NCBI GenBank assembly: GCA_963815195.1
Contig: CAWFGE010000013.1
Span: 480,001-544,000 of the forward strand
From: an uncultured Planctomycetaceae bacterium
GTDB taxonomy: Bacteria; Planctomycetota; Planctomycetia; Planctomycetales; Planctomycetaceae
Direction: 5' to 3'
Length of the DNA stretch: 64,000 nucleotides
The position numbers and the translations under genes were made by a program. Below, one piece after another: positions 30,339 to 40,686 of the stretch (position 1 is the first letter of the stretch; every line of letters begins with the position of its first letter). The notes below the pieces were generated by a model that saw nothing but the letters and a program-made list of their open reading frames with translations, searched no databases and was not told where the DNA came from.

Positions 30339-30760
30339 AGTGCGGGGATATCCTCAAGTGGAACGCCGGGCCACAACGCATGGCACAATGGTCTGCACCG
30401 CCCGACGGGTCGTCTGGCCGACGCGCGCCGCGATGGAGTGAAAAACGTCGGCTGTGCATTATGTGGCGGTTCGATGGCTCGTTCAAGTCCGAAGGTGTTT
30501 GCGGCATGGATGCAGAAACTCAGCGGCGACACATTGTCGCGAGCCCGGATTGCTCTCCGAAATCCCCGTCCGATTCCATGCGGTGAGGCCCCGGCAAATC
30601 AGTATTGCACACATTTTATGCCACCCCCAAACTGCGTTTGCCCCAATTCCCGCGGGCTGGGGGGGACCGACGTTGCCGACCTCTCATCCAATGCTTTAAG
30701 ATGCGGGAACAGGTAGAATCGTCTGTTCCCAGGCTCCATCCGGCGAGGGAGACTCCACCC

Positions 30761-31600
30761 GTGAGCACACCTGACACCCAACCGACAACCCAGTCTTCGC
30801 CCCCGCCGCCCCGATTTCGCGGACGGTTGGCTTGGAGCCTGGGCGGGTTGGTTTTGATCGGCGGCGTGTGCATCGCCTGGGCGATGGCCGTGGATCAACC
30901 GGCCGCCGTCCAAGGTTACGAAGTCGTCCAAATCTATCCGCACGATGCGGGGGCCTTCTCGCAGGGCCTCGTGATCGAGAACGGCGATCTTTACGAAGGC
31001 ACCGGGCTATATGGCGAATCCACCCTCCGCCAGGTCGATCTCAAGACCGGCAAAGTTCTCAAAGACTACAAGCTGAACCCGCAAGTTTTCGGCGAAGGCA
31101 TTGCGTTCGTCGATGACACGATCGTCCAACTCACCTGGCGGCGACAGATCGCGATCGTTTACGACCGCAAAACCCTCAAACCCCAGCGAAGCTTCCCCTA
31201 TCGCGGCGAAGGCTGGGGGCTCACCTACGACGGCACCCACCTCATCATGAGCGACGGGACTTCGCGGCTGCGGTTTCTCAACCCGAAAACCTTCCGCGTC
31301 GTCAAGCGGCTCCGCGTGAGCGACGGCGATCGCGAAATCAACCGGCTGAACGAGCTCGAATACGTGGGCGGCGAAATCTTCGCCAACGTCTGGCACTCCG
31401 ACCGCGTCGCCCGCATCTCCCCCAAAACCGGCGAGGTGCTGGGCTGGATCGATTTGAGCGGCCTGCTCAAACCGGGTGAAGTCGACAACGAAGAAGCCGT
31501 CCTCAACGGCATCGCCTATGACGCCAAGACGAAAAAACTCTACGTCACCGGCAAGAACTGGCCGAAACTCTTCGAAATCCGCCTGACCAAAAACCGCTGA
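30761..31600 (+). CDS. Glutaminyl-peptide cyclotransferase (bacterial/plant type)
   Basis: [50 protein letters not shown]. Confidence 0.93.
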   Translation: MSTPDTQPTTQSSPPPPRFRGRLAWSLGGLVLIGGVCIAWAMAVDQPAAVQGYEVVQIYPHDAGAFSQGLVIENGDLYEGTGLYGESTLRQVDLKTGKVLKDYKLNPQVFGEGIAFVDDTIVQLTWRRQIAIVYDRKTLKPQRSFPYRGEGWGLTYDGTHLIMSDGTSRLRFLNPKTFRVVKRLRVSDGDREINRLNELEYVGGEIFANVWHSDRVARISPKTGEVLGWIDLSGLLKPGEVDNEEAVLNGIAYDAKTKKLYVTGKNWPKLFEIRLTKNR

Positions 31601-31695
31601 CACACGAAAATCCGAATCTCGAAATTCGAAACAAATGTTACATTCAAATGACTAAAACTTTTGCGACACGAGGAATCGCTTCTCGTGCGGGATTA

Positions 31696-31901
31696 TTACG
31701 CCGAAAGGCGTTACATCCCAAAGCCCAGGGTCAGCGGCGCAGCCGCGCCACCCTGGGTTTCGAATCAAACAAATTTCCTTTACGCCGAAGGCGTTATACC
31801 AAGATGTTGTATAACGCCTTCGGCGTAAAGAAATCGGGACGATCGTTACCCAGAGTGCGCTTCGCGACTCTGGGCTTTGGGATGTAACGCCGTCGGCGTA
31901 A
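31696..31901. repeat. ~205-bp REPIN/MITE-like element, TACGCCGAAGGCGT family, copy 2
   Basis: Same modular layout as 17285-17489. Confidence 0.85.
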
Positions 31902-32029
31902 AGGATTGGAAGCCCAATCTCTTTGAAAGTTTGCGCGGAAAACAATCCCGGTAAATAATACTCTTTTTCGTTTGTCGCATAGAGGACCGCGAAATCCGTC
32001 CTTGGCTTCTCATTTAAGGGTTGTATTCG

Positions 32030-32980
32030 ATGTGCATTCAACTTCGCCGGCTTTTGGTTTGCATCGTGATTGGTGGTTCGGCTTTGCAACTGTTGGCAGC
32101 CGAGCCGGGGGCGGTGTTTCCCGACGAGTTGGTGAAGTTTAAACCCTATGCAAAAAATCCCGTGTTCGTCTCAGGCGGGAAAAATGATTGGGACGCCCGC
32201 ATCCGGGAGCGCGGCTGGATTTTGAAAGACAAGGGCGGCTATCGCATGTGGTACACCGGCTTTAACCCGGACACCTCCGAGGGCCTGACCATGAAGCTCG
32301 GCTACGCCACCTCGCCCGACGGCATCCACTGGAAACGCGATCCCCAAAACCCGATCTACACAAAACATTGGGTGGAAGACATGATGGTGGTTCCACATGA
32401 GGGCAAGTATTACATGTTCGCCGAGGGCCGGGGCGATCTGGCACAACTCTTGGAATCGTCCGACGGCATCCACTGGACCCGTCAGGGCCAACTCGATGTC
32501 AGGACCACGGAAGGCAAACCCATCAAGGCCGGCCCTTACGGAACACCTACGGCTTACCTGGAAGACGGCGTATGGTATCTGTTTTACGAACGCCGGGACC
32601 TGGGCGTGTGGCTGGCAACTTCAAAGGACCGGAAAGTTTGGACCAACGTGCAAGAGGAACCGGTCCTCAAGCTCGGCCCCGGCGAGTATGATTCCGAGCA
32701 GATCGCGCTCAATCAGGTCATCAAATACAAGGGCCGATATTACGCCTACTACCACGGCAGCGGCCACACCTCCAAACCCCGCCTGTGGTGCCCGGCGATC
32801 GCGACGTCCACCGATTTAATCCACTGGCAGAAGTACGCCGGCAACCCGCTCCGCCCGATGAAGGAAAACCGCTCCAGCGGCATCGTCGTCCCGGATGGCG
32901 ACCAATTCCGTTTCTATACCATGCACGACAAAGTCGATCTGTTCCTCCTAGTCAAAGAGACCCCCCAAAATTCCGAATGA
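32030..32980 (+). CDS. Secreted five-bladed beta-propeller glycoside hydrolase-like protein (GH32/43/130-like)
   Basis: Signal peptide; repeated NP(V/I), YRMWYTG, ATSPDGIHW, ATSTDLIHW blades. Confidence 0.75.
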   Translation: MCIQLRRLLVCIVIGGSALQLLAAEPGAVFPDELVKFKPYAKNPVFVSGGKNDWDARIRERGWILKDKGGYRMWYTGFNPDTSEGLTMKLGYATSPDGIHWKRDPQNPIYTKHWVEDMMVVPHEGKYYMFAEGRGDLAQLLESSDGIHWTRQGQLDVRTTEGKPIKAGPYGTPTAYLEDGVWYLFYERRDLGVWLATSKDRKVWTNVQEEPVLKLGPGEYDSEQIALNQVIKYKGRYYAYYHGSGHTSKPRLWCPAIATSTDLIHWQKYAGNPLRPMKENRSSGIVVPDGDQFRFYTMHDKVDLFLLVKETPQNSE

Positions 32981-33020
32981 CCGAAACCCATGAAAAACGG
33001 AAGCGGTGCTTCACAAAGTT

Positions 33021-33231
33021 TTTACGGCGAAGCCGTTACATATCAAAGCCCAGAGTCGCGAAGCGCACTCTGGGTGAAATTGACCCCGCCTATCCGTTTT
33101 ACGCCGAAGGCGTTATACATTCGGGTTGTATAACGCCTTCGGCGTAACGGCATGTTGTTTGAATCGGAGCCCAGGGTGGCGCGGCTGCGCCGCTGACCCT
33201 GGGCTTTGGGATATAACGCCTTCGGCGTAAA
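33021..33231. repeat. ~205-bp REPIN/MITE-like element, TACGCCGAAGGCGT family, copy 3 (inverted)
   Basis: Reverse-complement layout of copies 1 and 2. Confidence 0.85.
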
Positions 33232-33277
33232 GACAAAAGACATTGCACTTCAATTCAAAACTTTTAAGGGATTATTC

Positions 33278-34576
33278 ATGTCGAGTTTTTTGCGTTTGCT
33301 GTCTGTGGTTTCCTGTCTCATAGTCACATCGGTTTCGCTCGCGGATGATTGGCCGCAGTGGGGCGGGCCTGAAAGGGATTTGGTTTGGCGGGAGACGGGA
33401 ATCATCGACAAGTTCCCCACGGACGGGCTGTTGCCCCGCGTGTGGTCCACGCCGATTGCAGAGGGGTATTCCGGCCCCGCGGTGGCGGGCGGGCGGGTTT
33501 ATATCACGGATTACAAGCGGGAAGAGCGGCGGGAGCGCGTGCTGTGCCTGGACGCCGAGACCGGCAACTTGCTGTGGATCCACCAGTACCCGGTGGTGTA
33601 TCGCATCAGTTATGCCGCGGGGCCGCGCTCGACGCCGGTGATCGACGGCGGCCTGGTTTATACCGTCGGCGCGATGGGGCATCTGTTCTGCCTCGATGCC
33701 AAGACCGGCGACGTGAAATGGAAGAAAAACTTCGTGGAGGACTTCGGCACGCCGATTCCCAATTGGGGCATGGTCGCTTCGCCTTTGGTGGAGGGCGATC
33801 AACTCATCACCTTGGTCGGCGGCGAGAACGCGCTGATTGTCAGCTTCGACAAAACAACAGGCAAGGAACTTTGGCGGTCCTTGGACGACCCGGAAGTCGG
33901 ATATTGTCCGCCGGTGATATTTCCGTTCGGCAAGACCCGGCAGTTGATCGTCTGGCATCCGCGGGCCGTGTCTTCCTTAAATCCCGAAAACGGAAAAGCG
34001 AATTGGGAAATCCCCTTCCGCGTGCAGGCGGGTTTGACGGTTCCCACGCCTCGCAAAATCGGCAATCGGTTGTTGGTGACTTCGTTCTACAACGGCTCGC
34101 GGATGATCGAAATCGCCGACGACGGAGAATCGGCCAAGGTCGTCTGGCAAGGCCACAGCGACAATGAACTTCCCGACCGCACCGACGGTTTGCATTCCAT
34201 CATCTCGACCCCGGTGCTGACGGAGTCCACGATCTACGGAGTGTGCAGTTACGGGGCGCTTCGCGGCTTGGATGCCAAGACCGGAAAGCGGCTTTGGGAA
34301 ACCTACCAGGCCACCGGCAAAGACCGCTGGTGGAATGCGTTTCTCATCCCGCACGAAGGCCGCTATTTTATTCACAACGAGCAGGGCGATCTGATCATCG
34401 CGAACCTCACGCCCCAAGGCTACGAGGAAATCAGCCGCGCGAAGCTCGTCGAGCCGACCCGCTCCGTCCGCCGGCGAATGACGATCTGGTCGCATCCCGC
34501 GTTTGCGATGAAAAGCGTGTTCGCGCGGAACGACAAAGAAATCGTCCGCGTGAATTTGGCGAAGGAAGGAAAATAG
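33278..34576 (+). CDS. PQQ-binding-like beta-propeller protein (BamB-like planctomycete family)
   Basis: Signal peptide then DWPQWGGP; GYSGPAV, LDAETG..LW, STPVIDG, WSHPAFA. Confidence 0.9.
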   Translation: MSSFLRLLSVVSCLIVTSVSLADDWPQWGGPERDLVWRETGIIDKFPTDGLLPRVWSTPIAEGYSGPAVAGGRVYITDYKREERRERVLCLDAETGNLLWIHQYPVVYRISYAAGPRSTPVIDGGLVYTVGAMGHLFCLDAKTGDVKWKKNFVEDFGTPIPNWGMVASPLVEGDQLITLVGGENALIVSFDKTTGKELWRSLDDPEVGYCPPVIFPFGKTRQLIVWHPRAVSSLNPENGKANWEIPFRVQAGLTVPTPRKIGNRLLVTSFYNGSRMIEIADDGESAKVVWQGHSDNELPDRTDGLHSIISTPVLTESTIYGVCSYGALRGLDAKTGKRLWETYQATGKDRWWNAFLIPHEGRYFIHNEQGDLIIANLTPQGYEEISRAKLVEPTRSVRRRMTIWSHPAFAMKSVFARNDKEIVRVNLAKEGK

Positions 34577-34636
34577 TTTGGACCGGCGGTCAAAATTCCG
34601 ATTGATTCCTTTGTGAACAGCGCGGATGATGAAGGC

Positions 34637-34843
34637 ATGAGCGAACAACATACGATTCCCGAAGAAGTCGAAGCCGACATGCAGGCGGTGATGGAAGCCC
34701 TCCACTCCGGCCGCCGGATGGATGAAGAAACCTACCGCCGCATCCGGGCACGTGCGGACAAAGTCCGGGACGAGCTAAAAAGGCAGCATGGAGAAATGGA
34801 CATCGCCGTGGACTTGATCCGCCAAACCCGCGATGACACATGA
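34637..34843 (+). CDS. Putative antitoxin (68 aa) upstream of a PIN toxin
   Basis: Small charged ORF ending AVDLIRQTRDD; ATGA overlap with the PIN gene. Confidence 0.7.
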   Translation: MSEQHTIPEEVEADMQAVMEALHSGRRMDEETYRRIRARADKVRDELKRQHGEMDIAVDLIRQTRDDT

Positions 34844-35258
34844 GGTACGTCCTGGATTCCAACGTGGCCCTCAAATGGGTTTTGCCTGAAGCGGATTCTG
34901 ACAAGGCGACTGCACTGCGCGACGATTATCACGCGGGCATCCACGAATTGATCGCCCCCGATATTTTTCCGGTGGAGTGCCTGCATGCGCTGACGAAGGC
35001 CAAGCACAAAATCGGATTACCGACGGTTTCGTCCTCTGGCAGTCGATTATGGCCGATGCGCCGATCTTGCATCCTCACATTCTCTTGTTGAACCGGGCCT
35101 ATGCAATCGCCACTGTCACGCGCAGCGGCATTTACGATTGCATTTATGTGGCTCTCGCGGAGCAACAAGGTTGTAAGTTGATTACGGCGGATGATCGGCT
35201 GGTCCGAAACATGCAATCGAAATTCCCATTTGTGCGTTCGCTCAATCCGATGCCGTAA
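34840..35258 (+). CDS. vapC: VapC-type PIN-domain toxin (frameshift ~35005)
   Basis: YVLDSNVALKW...APDIFPVE, then IYDCIYVALAEQQGCKLITADDRL in ORF 34977-35258. Confidence 0.85.
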
Positions 35259-35437
35259 AAAGCCCATCCTCCGAAGTCGCCAGTGAATTTGGCGAAACCA
35301 GGAAAGTAAGACGGATTGTCAACCACAAATTCCTCTGGTTAAAAGTCCGCGTCCACAGTACGATCCCGCTTCCTCCACAGAGCAGCCTCCGTTGATTGAT
35401 CCCGCCATCGCACGCAAAAAATCACGGAGCAGCAGGA

Positions 35438-36538
35438 ATGAAAAAGTCTCTTTTCAGATTCTTTCCGATCAGCGTCGCAAGTTTGGCAGTGGCCTGCTGT
35501 TTGGTGATTCAAAGCTGCAGCGCACTTGAATCGACGGAATCCGAGGAGATTGCCTCCAACGGCTGGGTGTTGCACGACGAGATCGGTGCGTGGTCTCCGC
35601 CCGTGGCATCGATTGCCTTTTCGCCGGACGGCTCCCAAATCGCGACGACGCATACATCGCTTTGCCCATCGACCTACCGATGCTCCCCGATGCTTTGTGT
35701 AGGCTATCTCAAGCTATGGAAAAACGATCTGTTCAGACTGAATAGCGTCTCGGTTCTCGTTGAAGATCTTACGCGGGAAATGGTTGCGTTTCGCTCGGAC
35801 GGGAAACAGATTCTTGTGCCCGTCAAAAAGGGCGTCGTCGCCTGGGATCTCGACAAGAAACAGCTCGTACAAACTCCGCCGGCTTGGGGACTTGCTATTT
35901 CCCCCGATGGCCGATTTGTCGCGGCCCGGACGGATTCCGAGGACGAATCGGGCAGCATCCTCGTGATGGACGTGCAATCGCAAACGCTGCTCTCCAAGAT
36001 CCGCATTCCAAATTACGATCTCACGGCTTTCTCGTTTTCCGCCGGCAATCGCTTATTGGGCCTCTTCGCGGAAACTACTGACGATCATTCCCAGAGAAAA
36101 CTCATCGTTTGGAATCTGAAAACTGCAACTCAACAGTCCATCATCGAACTCTCGTCGGAAGTCAAATGGTTTTCGGTCTTCTCGCCCGATGGCAAACAAC
36201 TTGCGACTCTGTCGTATGACGACAAGGTGCGGTTGTGGAACACTTCGGACGGTTCGCTCATCAAAATCCTTGATGGGGGAAAAGAGGGCGAAGGTTACCT
36301 CTGGCAAATTGCCTTCTCTCCCGACGGAAAATTTCTCGCGGCCGGATACGAAGAAGCAGAATCGGATGAAGGCGGCGGGGCGATTGTCTGGAATGTCCGT
36401 AGCGGCGAGCGAGTGACTAAAATCTCGGACAAGCCGGCGTGGGGCGTCACGGCTGTCGCTTTCTCGCCCGACGGGAGTTTGCTTGCCACTGGAAACAGCG
36501 CGGGCGAAATCAAATTCTGGAACGTTCCGGAAGAATAG
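35438..36538 (+). CDS. Exported WD40-repeat protein (possible lipoprotein)
   Basis: Repeated IAFSPDG / VRLWN / IKFWN; hydrophobic leader with QSC. Confidence 0.85.
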   Translation: MKKSLFRFFPISVASLAVACCLVIQSCSALESTESEEIASNGWVLHDEIGAWSPPVASIAFSPDGSQIATTHTSLCPSTYRCSPMLCVGYLKLWKNDLFRLNSVSVLVEDLTREMVAFRSDGKQILVPVKKGVVAWDLDKKQLVQTPPAWGLAISPDGRFVAARTDSEDESGSILVMDVQSQTLLSKIRIPNYDLTAFSFSAGNRLLGLFAETTDDHSQRKLIVWNLKTATQQSIIELSSEVKWFSVFSPDGKQLATLSYDDKVRLWNTSDGSLIKILDGGKEGEGYLWQIAFSPDGKFLAAGYEEAESDEGGGAIVWNVRSGERVTKISDKPAWGVTAVAFSPDGSLLATGNSAGEIKFWNVPEE

Positions 36539-36555
36539 TATCGCCTCGGTTTTCT

Positions 36556-36711
36556 TTATCCGTCCGTTTTCGCAAAGAACGCCGTATAGAGCGACCAAAC
36601 CAATATGATCGCACCCGCGCTGGCCCAGAACCAGCGCCAATCGGCGTCGAGCCAGGCCATGCCGATGAGGAACAGGCTGCCGAGGATGCCCCACAGGTCT
36701 TCACGTTTCAT
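36556..36711 (-). CDS. Small 51-aa two-helix membrane protein (absent from ORF track)
   Basis: Manual translation MKREDLWGILGSLFLIGMAWLDADWRWFWASAGAIILVWSLYTAFFAKTDG*; starts 16 nt after the K+ channel stop. Confidence 0.6.
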   Translation of the reverse strand: MKREDLWGILGSLFLIGMAWLDADWRWFWASAGAIILVWSLYTAFFAKTDG

Positions 36712-36727
36712 GCGGGCGGTTCCCGAA

Positions 36728-37774
36728 TCAGGAACCGGTGTTGCCGACGCGCATCGTGTCGTTGACGGCTTGGGTGCTGCCGAAGGCGAACAGGCTGTCG
36801 CCCGCCATGATGACCGCGGTGCCGGGCGGGGGCATGAGTTTGTCCCCGTTCTGCCGGCGGATGCCGATGACCATCACGCCTTGCTCGCGGAGCGTGGTGT
36901 CCATCAGGCGTTTGCCGACGAGCGGGTGGTCGGCTCCGATTTGCACGTCGGCCAGTTCCAACTCGTGGCCCCGGCGGTCGGCGATCTCCAGGAAGTCTTC
37001 GATGTTCGGGTGCAGCATGAACCGGGCCATCTTGTGCGCGCCGGTGCTGAACGGCCTGACGACCCGCGTGGCTCCGGCCCGCTCGAGTTTGACCACGGCT
37101 TTCTCGTTGTCGGCCCGGGCGATGATTTGCAGATCGCTCGCGAGCATCCGCGCGGAGAGCACGACATACACATTGTCGGCATCGGTCGGCAAGACGGACG
37201 CCAAGGCCTTCGCGCGCTCGATTCCCGCCCGCAATAGCGTCTCATCGTCGGTGGCGTCGCCGTGGACATAGAGCCAATTGTACTCCGTGCAGAGTTCGTG
37301 GAGACGTTCCTCATCGCGATCCACGACGACGAACGGCTCCCGGCGTTCGTGCATGTTCGCCGCGATGATCGAACCCATCCGGCCCAAGCCGCAGATGATG
37401 AAATGGCCCGAAAGTTTTTGAATCTGATTTTCCATGCGTCGTCGTTCCAACAGGCCTTGGAGGCGGACATTGACGATCCACTGCCCGAGCAGCGAAGCAC
37501 TATAAGTAAACACGCCCAAGCCGAGCACCAGGTAGATGATAATGAAAACCCGCCCCCGCGTGCCGAGCTCCACGGTCTCGCCGTAGCCCACGGTGGTCAG
37601 CGTGATCACCGACAGATACAGGCAGTCGATCCAACTCGTGCCTTTGGGCGTGAGGAGTTTCAGCCCCACCGTGCCCGCAATCGTCAGGAACAACAACAGC
37701 AGCACGACCGTCAGCAGCTGCCTCCAGGGGCTGCTGCGGCGAGCGAGCGAACGCGGCAGAGGTTTTTCCATCAT
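36728..37774 (-). CDS. Potassium channel protein (2-TM pore + RCK-N/RCK-C, MthK-like)
   Basis: Selectivity filter TLTTVGYG; IICGLGRMG; GDATDDETL..AGI; TrkA-C-like tail. Confidence 0.93.
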   Translation of the reverse strand: MMEKPLPRSLARRSSPWRQLLTVVLLLLFLTIAGTVGLKLLTPKGTSWIDCLYLSVITLTTVGYGETVELGTRGRVFIIIYLVLGLGVFTYSASLLGQWIVNVRLQGLLERRRMENQIQKLSGHFIICGLGRMGSIIAANMHERREPFVVVDRDEERLHELCTEYNWLYVHGDATDDETLLRAGIERAKALASVLPTDADNVYVVLSARMLASDLQIIARADNEKAVVKLERAGATRVVRPFSTGAHKMARFMLHPNIEDFLEIADRRGHELELADVQIGADHPLVGKRLMDTTLREQGVMVIGIRRQNGDKLMPPPGTAVIMAGDSLFAFGSTQAVNDTMRVGNTGS

Positions 37775-37851
37775 GCTGGGAGTTCGCGGCGACAGGGATC
37801 AGGTCCTTCGATGCGGAAAGGTCGGGGGGGCGCGAAGAGAGTTTACAAGGC

Positions 37852-39248
37852 TCAACGTCCGCCCAGCAAGAGCCGGGTCAGCCAACTCACCGGCAAGTCG
37901 GGCTGGAGCACTTTCTCAGATTGGCCGAGGTGGGACAAGACGTTCTCGGCGGCGAGAAACCCGCTGCGGACGGCCCCTTCCATCGTGGCCGGCCAGCCGG
38001 TTTGCGTCCAGTCGCCGGCGAACTGCAGGTTGTCGATCGGCGACTGCTGAGGCGGCCGGAGTCTGTCCGATCCCGCCGTCACCGAAAACACCGCCCGGTG
38101 CTCGGTCACCACCCGGCCACCCGTGAGCTTCGCCTCGGCGGTCTTGGGCCAGATTCCCGTCAACTCTTCGATCACCGCGATAAGAATCTCGTCCTGCGAA
38201 CGGCCTTTCAGTTCCCGGCTCGCGCTGATGACGACTTGATAATAATGAGAATCCGGCTTACTGGAACCTCCTTGCAGCAGCGTGCGATTGAACATCCACT
38301 GCGACAGTCGGCCGATGAGCACCGCGTGCGGGAGTTCGGTGATCGCCCGATCAAACCACAAATGCACGCTGGAGATCGGCGCGGATTCCAATTCCGCCGC
38401 ACCCGCAACTTTGGGATCTTGCGCGAGTGACGCCGGCAGCAAGTCCAACACGCGATAATGCGGCACCGCGAGGACAAAATGCTTCGCGGAAAGCGTTTCG
38501 CCGCCGCGCAAGCGGACCTGAGAAACACGGCCGGCTTCGGTTTCGAGCTGTTCGACGCCGGTTTTCAGACGAACTTGAACGCCGTGTTCCGCGAGCCAGG
38601 CTGTGAGCGGCGCACCGTAGATTTCCTCCAAAGGCACCGTGGGAATCTGCACTTCCCAACCCTTGCGGTGGGCGAGAAAGCCATCGAAGAATACTTTGCG
38701 CCCTGAAAGGTGTCGATCCGGTCGAGGGTTTCGCTCAACGCGCTCACCAACACCACCAGCCAGAAGTTCTCGATAACGCTCGGCGATTGCCCGTGCTCCT
38801 TGAGCCAGCGGTCGAAGGGTTGGCTGACGGGAGTGTTCTTTGAAAGTTTGGCGAGTGCCTTGAGGCCGCGCGCGAGTTCGCGCACGTCCGAGCGGGACAA
38901 GTAACTCAATCGACGAAACGCGGGAAACAGATGCAGCGGGGCCGGCAATCGGCTGGCGGAGAAGGGATTGATCCGGCGATCCGCCCCGATGAAATACAGC
39001 GTCGGTTCCGTGCGGAGCAAGTCGGCCGCGCCCACGGTTTCGCAGAACCGCCGGAAGTTCGTGCAGCAGCCCATGCTCACGTGCTGGCAGTTGTCAATCG
39101 CCGTGCCCGTGGCTTGATCGACGAACGAACTGGCCCGCCCGCCCAAACGCGGCCGGGATTCGAGCAGCGTCACCGCGACGCCGCGCTCCGCGAGCGCCAC
39201 GGCCGCCGCCAACCCCGCCAACCCGCCGCCGATGACAATCACATCCAT
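37852..39248 (-). CDS. hpnE: Hydroxysqualene dehydroxylase HpnE (frameshifts ~38660-38710)
   Basis: VIGGGLAGLAAA, LGGRASS, IDNCQHVSMGCC, PAPLH; C-terminus AGDWTQTGWPATMEGAVRSG. Confidence 0.85.
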
Positions 39249-39387
39249 TGAAGTCCCAATGACCAAATCCCAATGACCAAATCCGAGGTTTGTAAATTTT
39301 GGATCAAGTGCAGCCAGATTGTAGAAACCATGCACCGGTTGGCGTACTCTATTGAAGAAGATTTCCTTTTCGGCGATGGAATCCCTC

Positions 39388-40182
39388 ATGCGCGAAACTC
39401 AAGTTTCCGGCGGCCCGATGTCCCGGGCTTCGAGAGTTCTGGACGGGCTTGGGCTGTTTTGCCGGGCGGGAGTGGACTTTGTTTATCCGCCCGCGTGCTT
39501 GATATGCAGCCGGGAGATGGATTCCGCCTCTCGGCCGCAACTCTGCCTGTCCTGCCTGCGGGAATCGGCCCCGGAGATCGCCGACGTCTGCGAGCGGTGC
39601 GGGGCGCCGGTGGGGCCGTTTTTGGACACCTCGCTCGGCTGCGTGCATTGCCGATTTACGCCCTTCCATTTTGAGAAAGCCATCTGCCTGGGCGTTTACA
39701 GGGATGTGCTGAAGGAGACGTGCTTGAGAATGAAACATTCCGGAACCGAGCCGCTCGCGCGGGCTTTGGCGGAATGTTTTTGGCAGCAAAAGCGCGAGCC
39801 GCTCGAACGCGTGGACGCCGAGCGAATCGTTTCCGTCCCCCAACATTGGACCCGCCGGTTCAGGCCCGGGCACAACGCGTCCGAAACCATCGCATGCCAC
39901 CTCGCCCGGCGGCTTCGAGTTCCGGTCGATGTCCGGCAGGTGCGCAAATCGCGGCGGACGCTCGAGCAAAAGACGCTGCCCCGCACCCGGCGGTTGAGCA
40001 ATTTGCGGGACGCTTTTCAAATTCGACATCCGAAAACGATCCAGGGCCGGCGGATTCTCTTGGTGGACGATGTGCTCACCACCGGCACGACGGCGAACCG
40101 CATCAGCCGACTGCTCAAAAAAGCCGGGGCGAAATCCGTCACCGTCGCTGCGCTCGCCCGCGGTCTCGGCGACGCCCGGTGA
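39388..40182 (+). CDS. ComF-family protein (double zinc ribbon + PRTase domain); start uncertain
   Basis: CLIC/CLSC/CERC/CVHC and ILLVDDVLTTGTT. Confidence 0.88.
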   Translation: MRETQVSGGPMSRASRVLDGLGLFCRAGVDFVYPPACLICSREMDSASRPQLCLSCLRESAPEIADVCERCGAPVGPFLDTSLGCVHCRFTPFHFEKAICLGVYRDVLKETCLRMKHSGTEPLARALAECFWQQKREPLERVDAERIVSVPQHWTRRFRPGHNASETIACHLARRLRVPVDVRQVRKSRRTLEQKTLPRTRRLSNLRDAFQIRHPKTIQGRRILLVDDVLTTGTTANRISRLLKKAGAKSVTVAALARGLGDAR

Positions 40183-40198
40183 ATCGAACTCGGCAAGT

Positions 40199-40591
40199 TC
40201 ACAGGGAAGTTTGCCGCGACTTGAAGCGCCGGCGAAGATCGCGGGTCCAGACGATCGCCATCGCCAACACGACCGCCAGGTAAACCGAAATGGCGATGAT
40301 GTCAGACGTGGACCGGCTCATCGAGAGGCCGCAACCGTGCTCGGCGATCAATTGAACGTAAGACGTTTCGGTGTCGGCATACCCCAGCTTTTCGCGGATC
40401 TCCATATGCCAGTCGGTGCACAGGCAATAGCCCCAGCCGTAAAACGCGCCCATCCCAAACCAGGAGAACGTCGTCAGCCCCATCGAAATCAAATGCCAAA
40501 ACCGTGTCCTCCGCCAAATCCAACCGAACATGTTGAATCCGATGAGCAGAGTATGAACAATAAAGAATCCAATATCGGCCAGAACGAGCAT
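40199..40591 (-). CDS. DUF2784-like membrane protein
   Basis: FFIVHTLLIGFNMFGW, HL...SWFGMG..YGWGYCLCTDWH; GGAG RBS. Confidence 0.7.
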   Translation of the reverse strand: MLVLADIGFFIVHTLLIGFNMFGWIWRRTRFWHLISMGLTTFSWFGMGAFYGWGYCLCTDWHMEIREKLGYADTETSYVQLIAEHGCGLSMSRSTSDIIAISVYLAVVLAMAIVWTRDLRRRFKSRQTSL

Positions 40592-40686
40592 TGCGTCTCC
40601 GGGAATTTGATTTTTCATCTCCTATCCTGATTGATCCATCCGTCGGCCGATTTATTCCCCGCGTTCTTTCGATGGATGCCAAAGCC

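Noticed and set aside
17285..33231. TACGCCGAAGGCGT repeat clusters as CRISPR arrays
   Set aside because: Units alternate in orientation, intervening segments are shared between loci rather than unique spacers, and there are no cas genes
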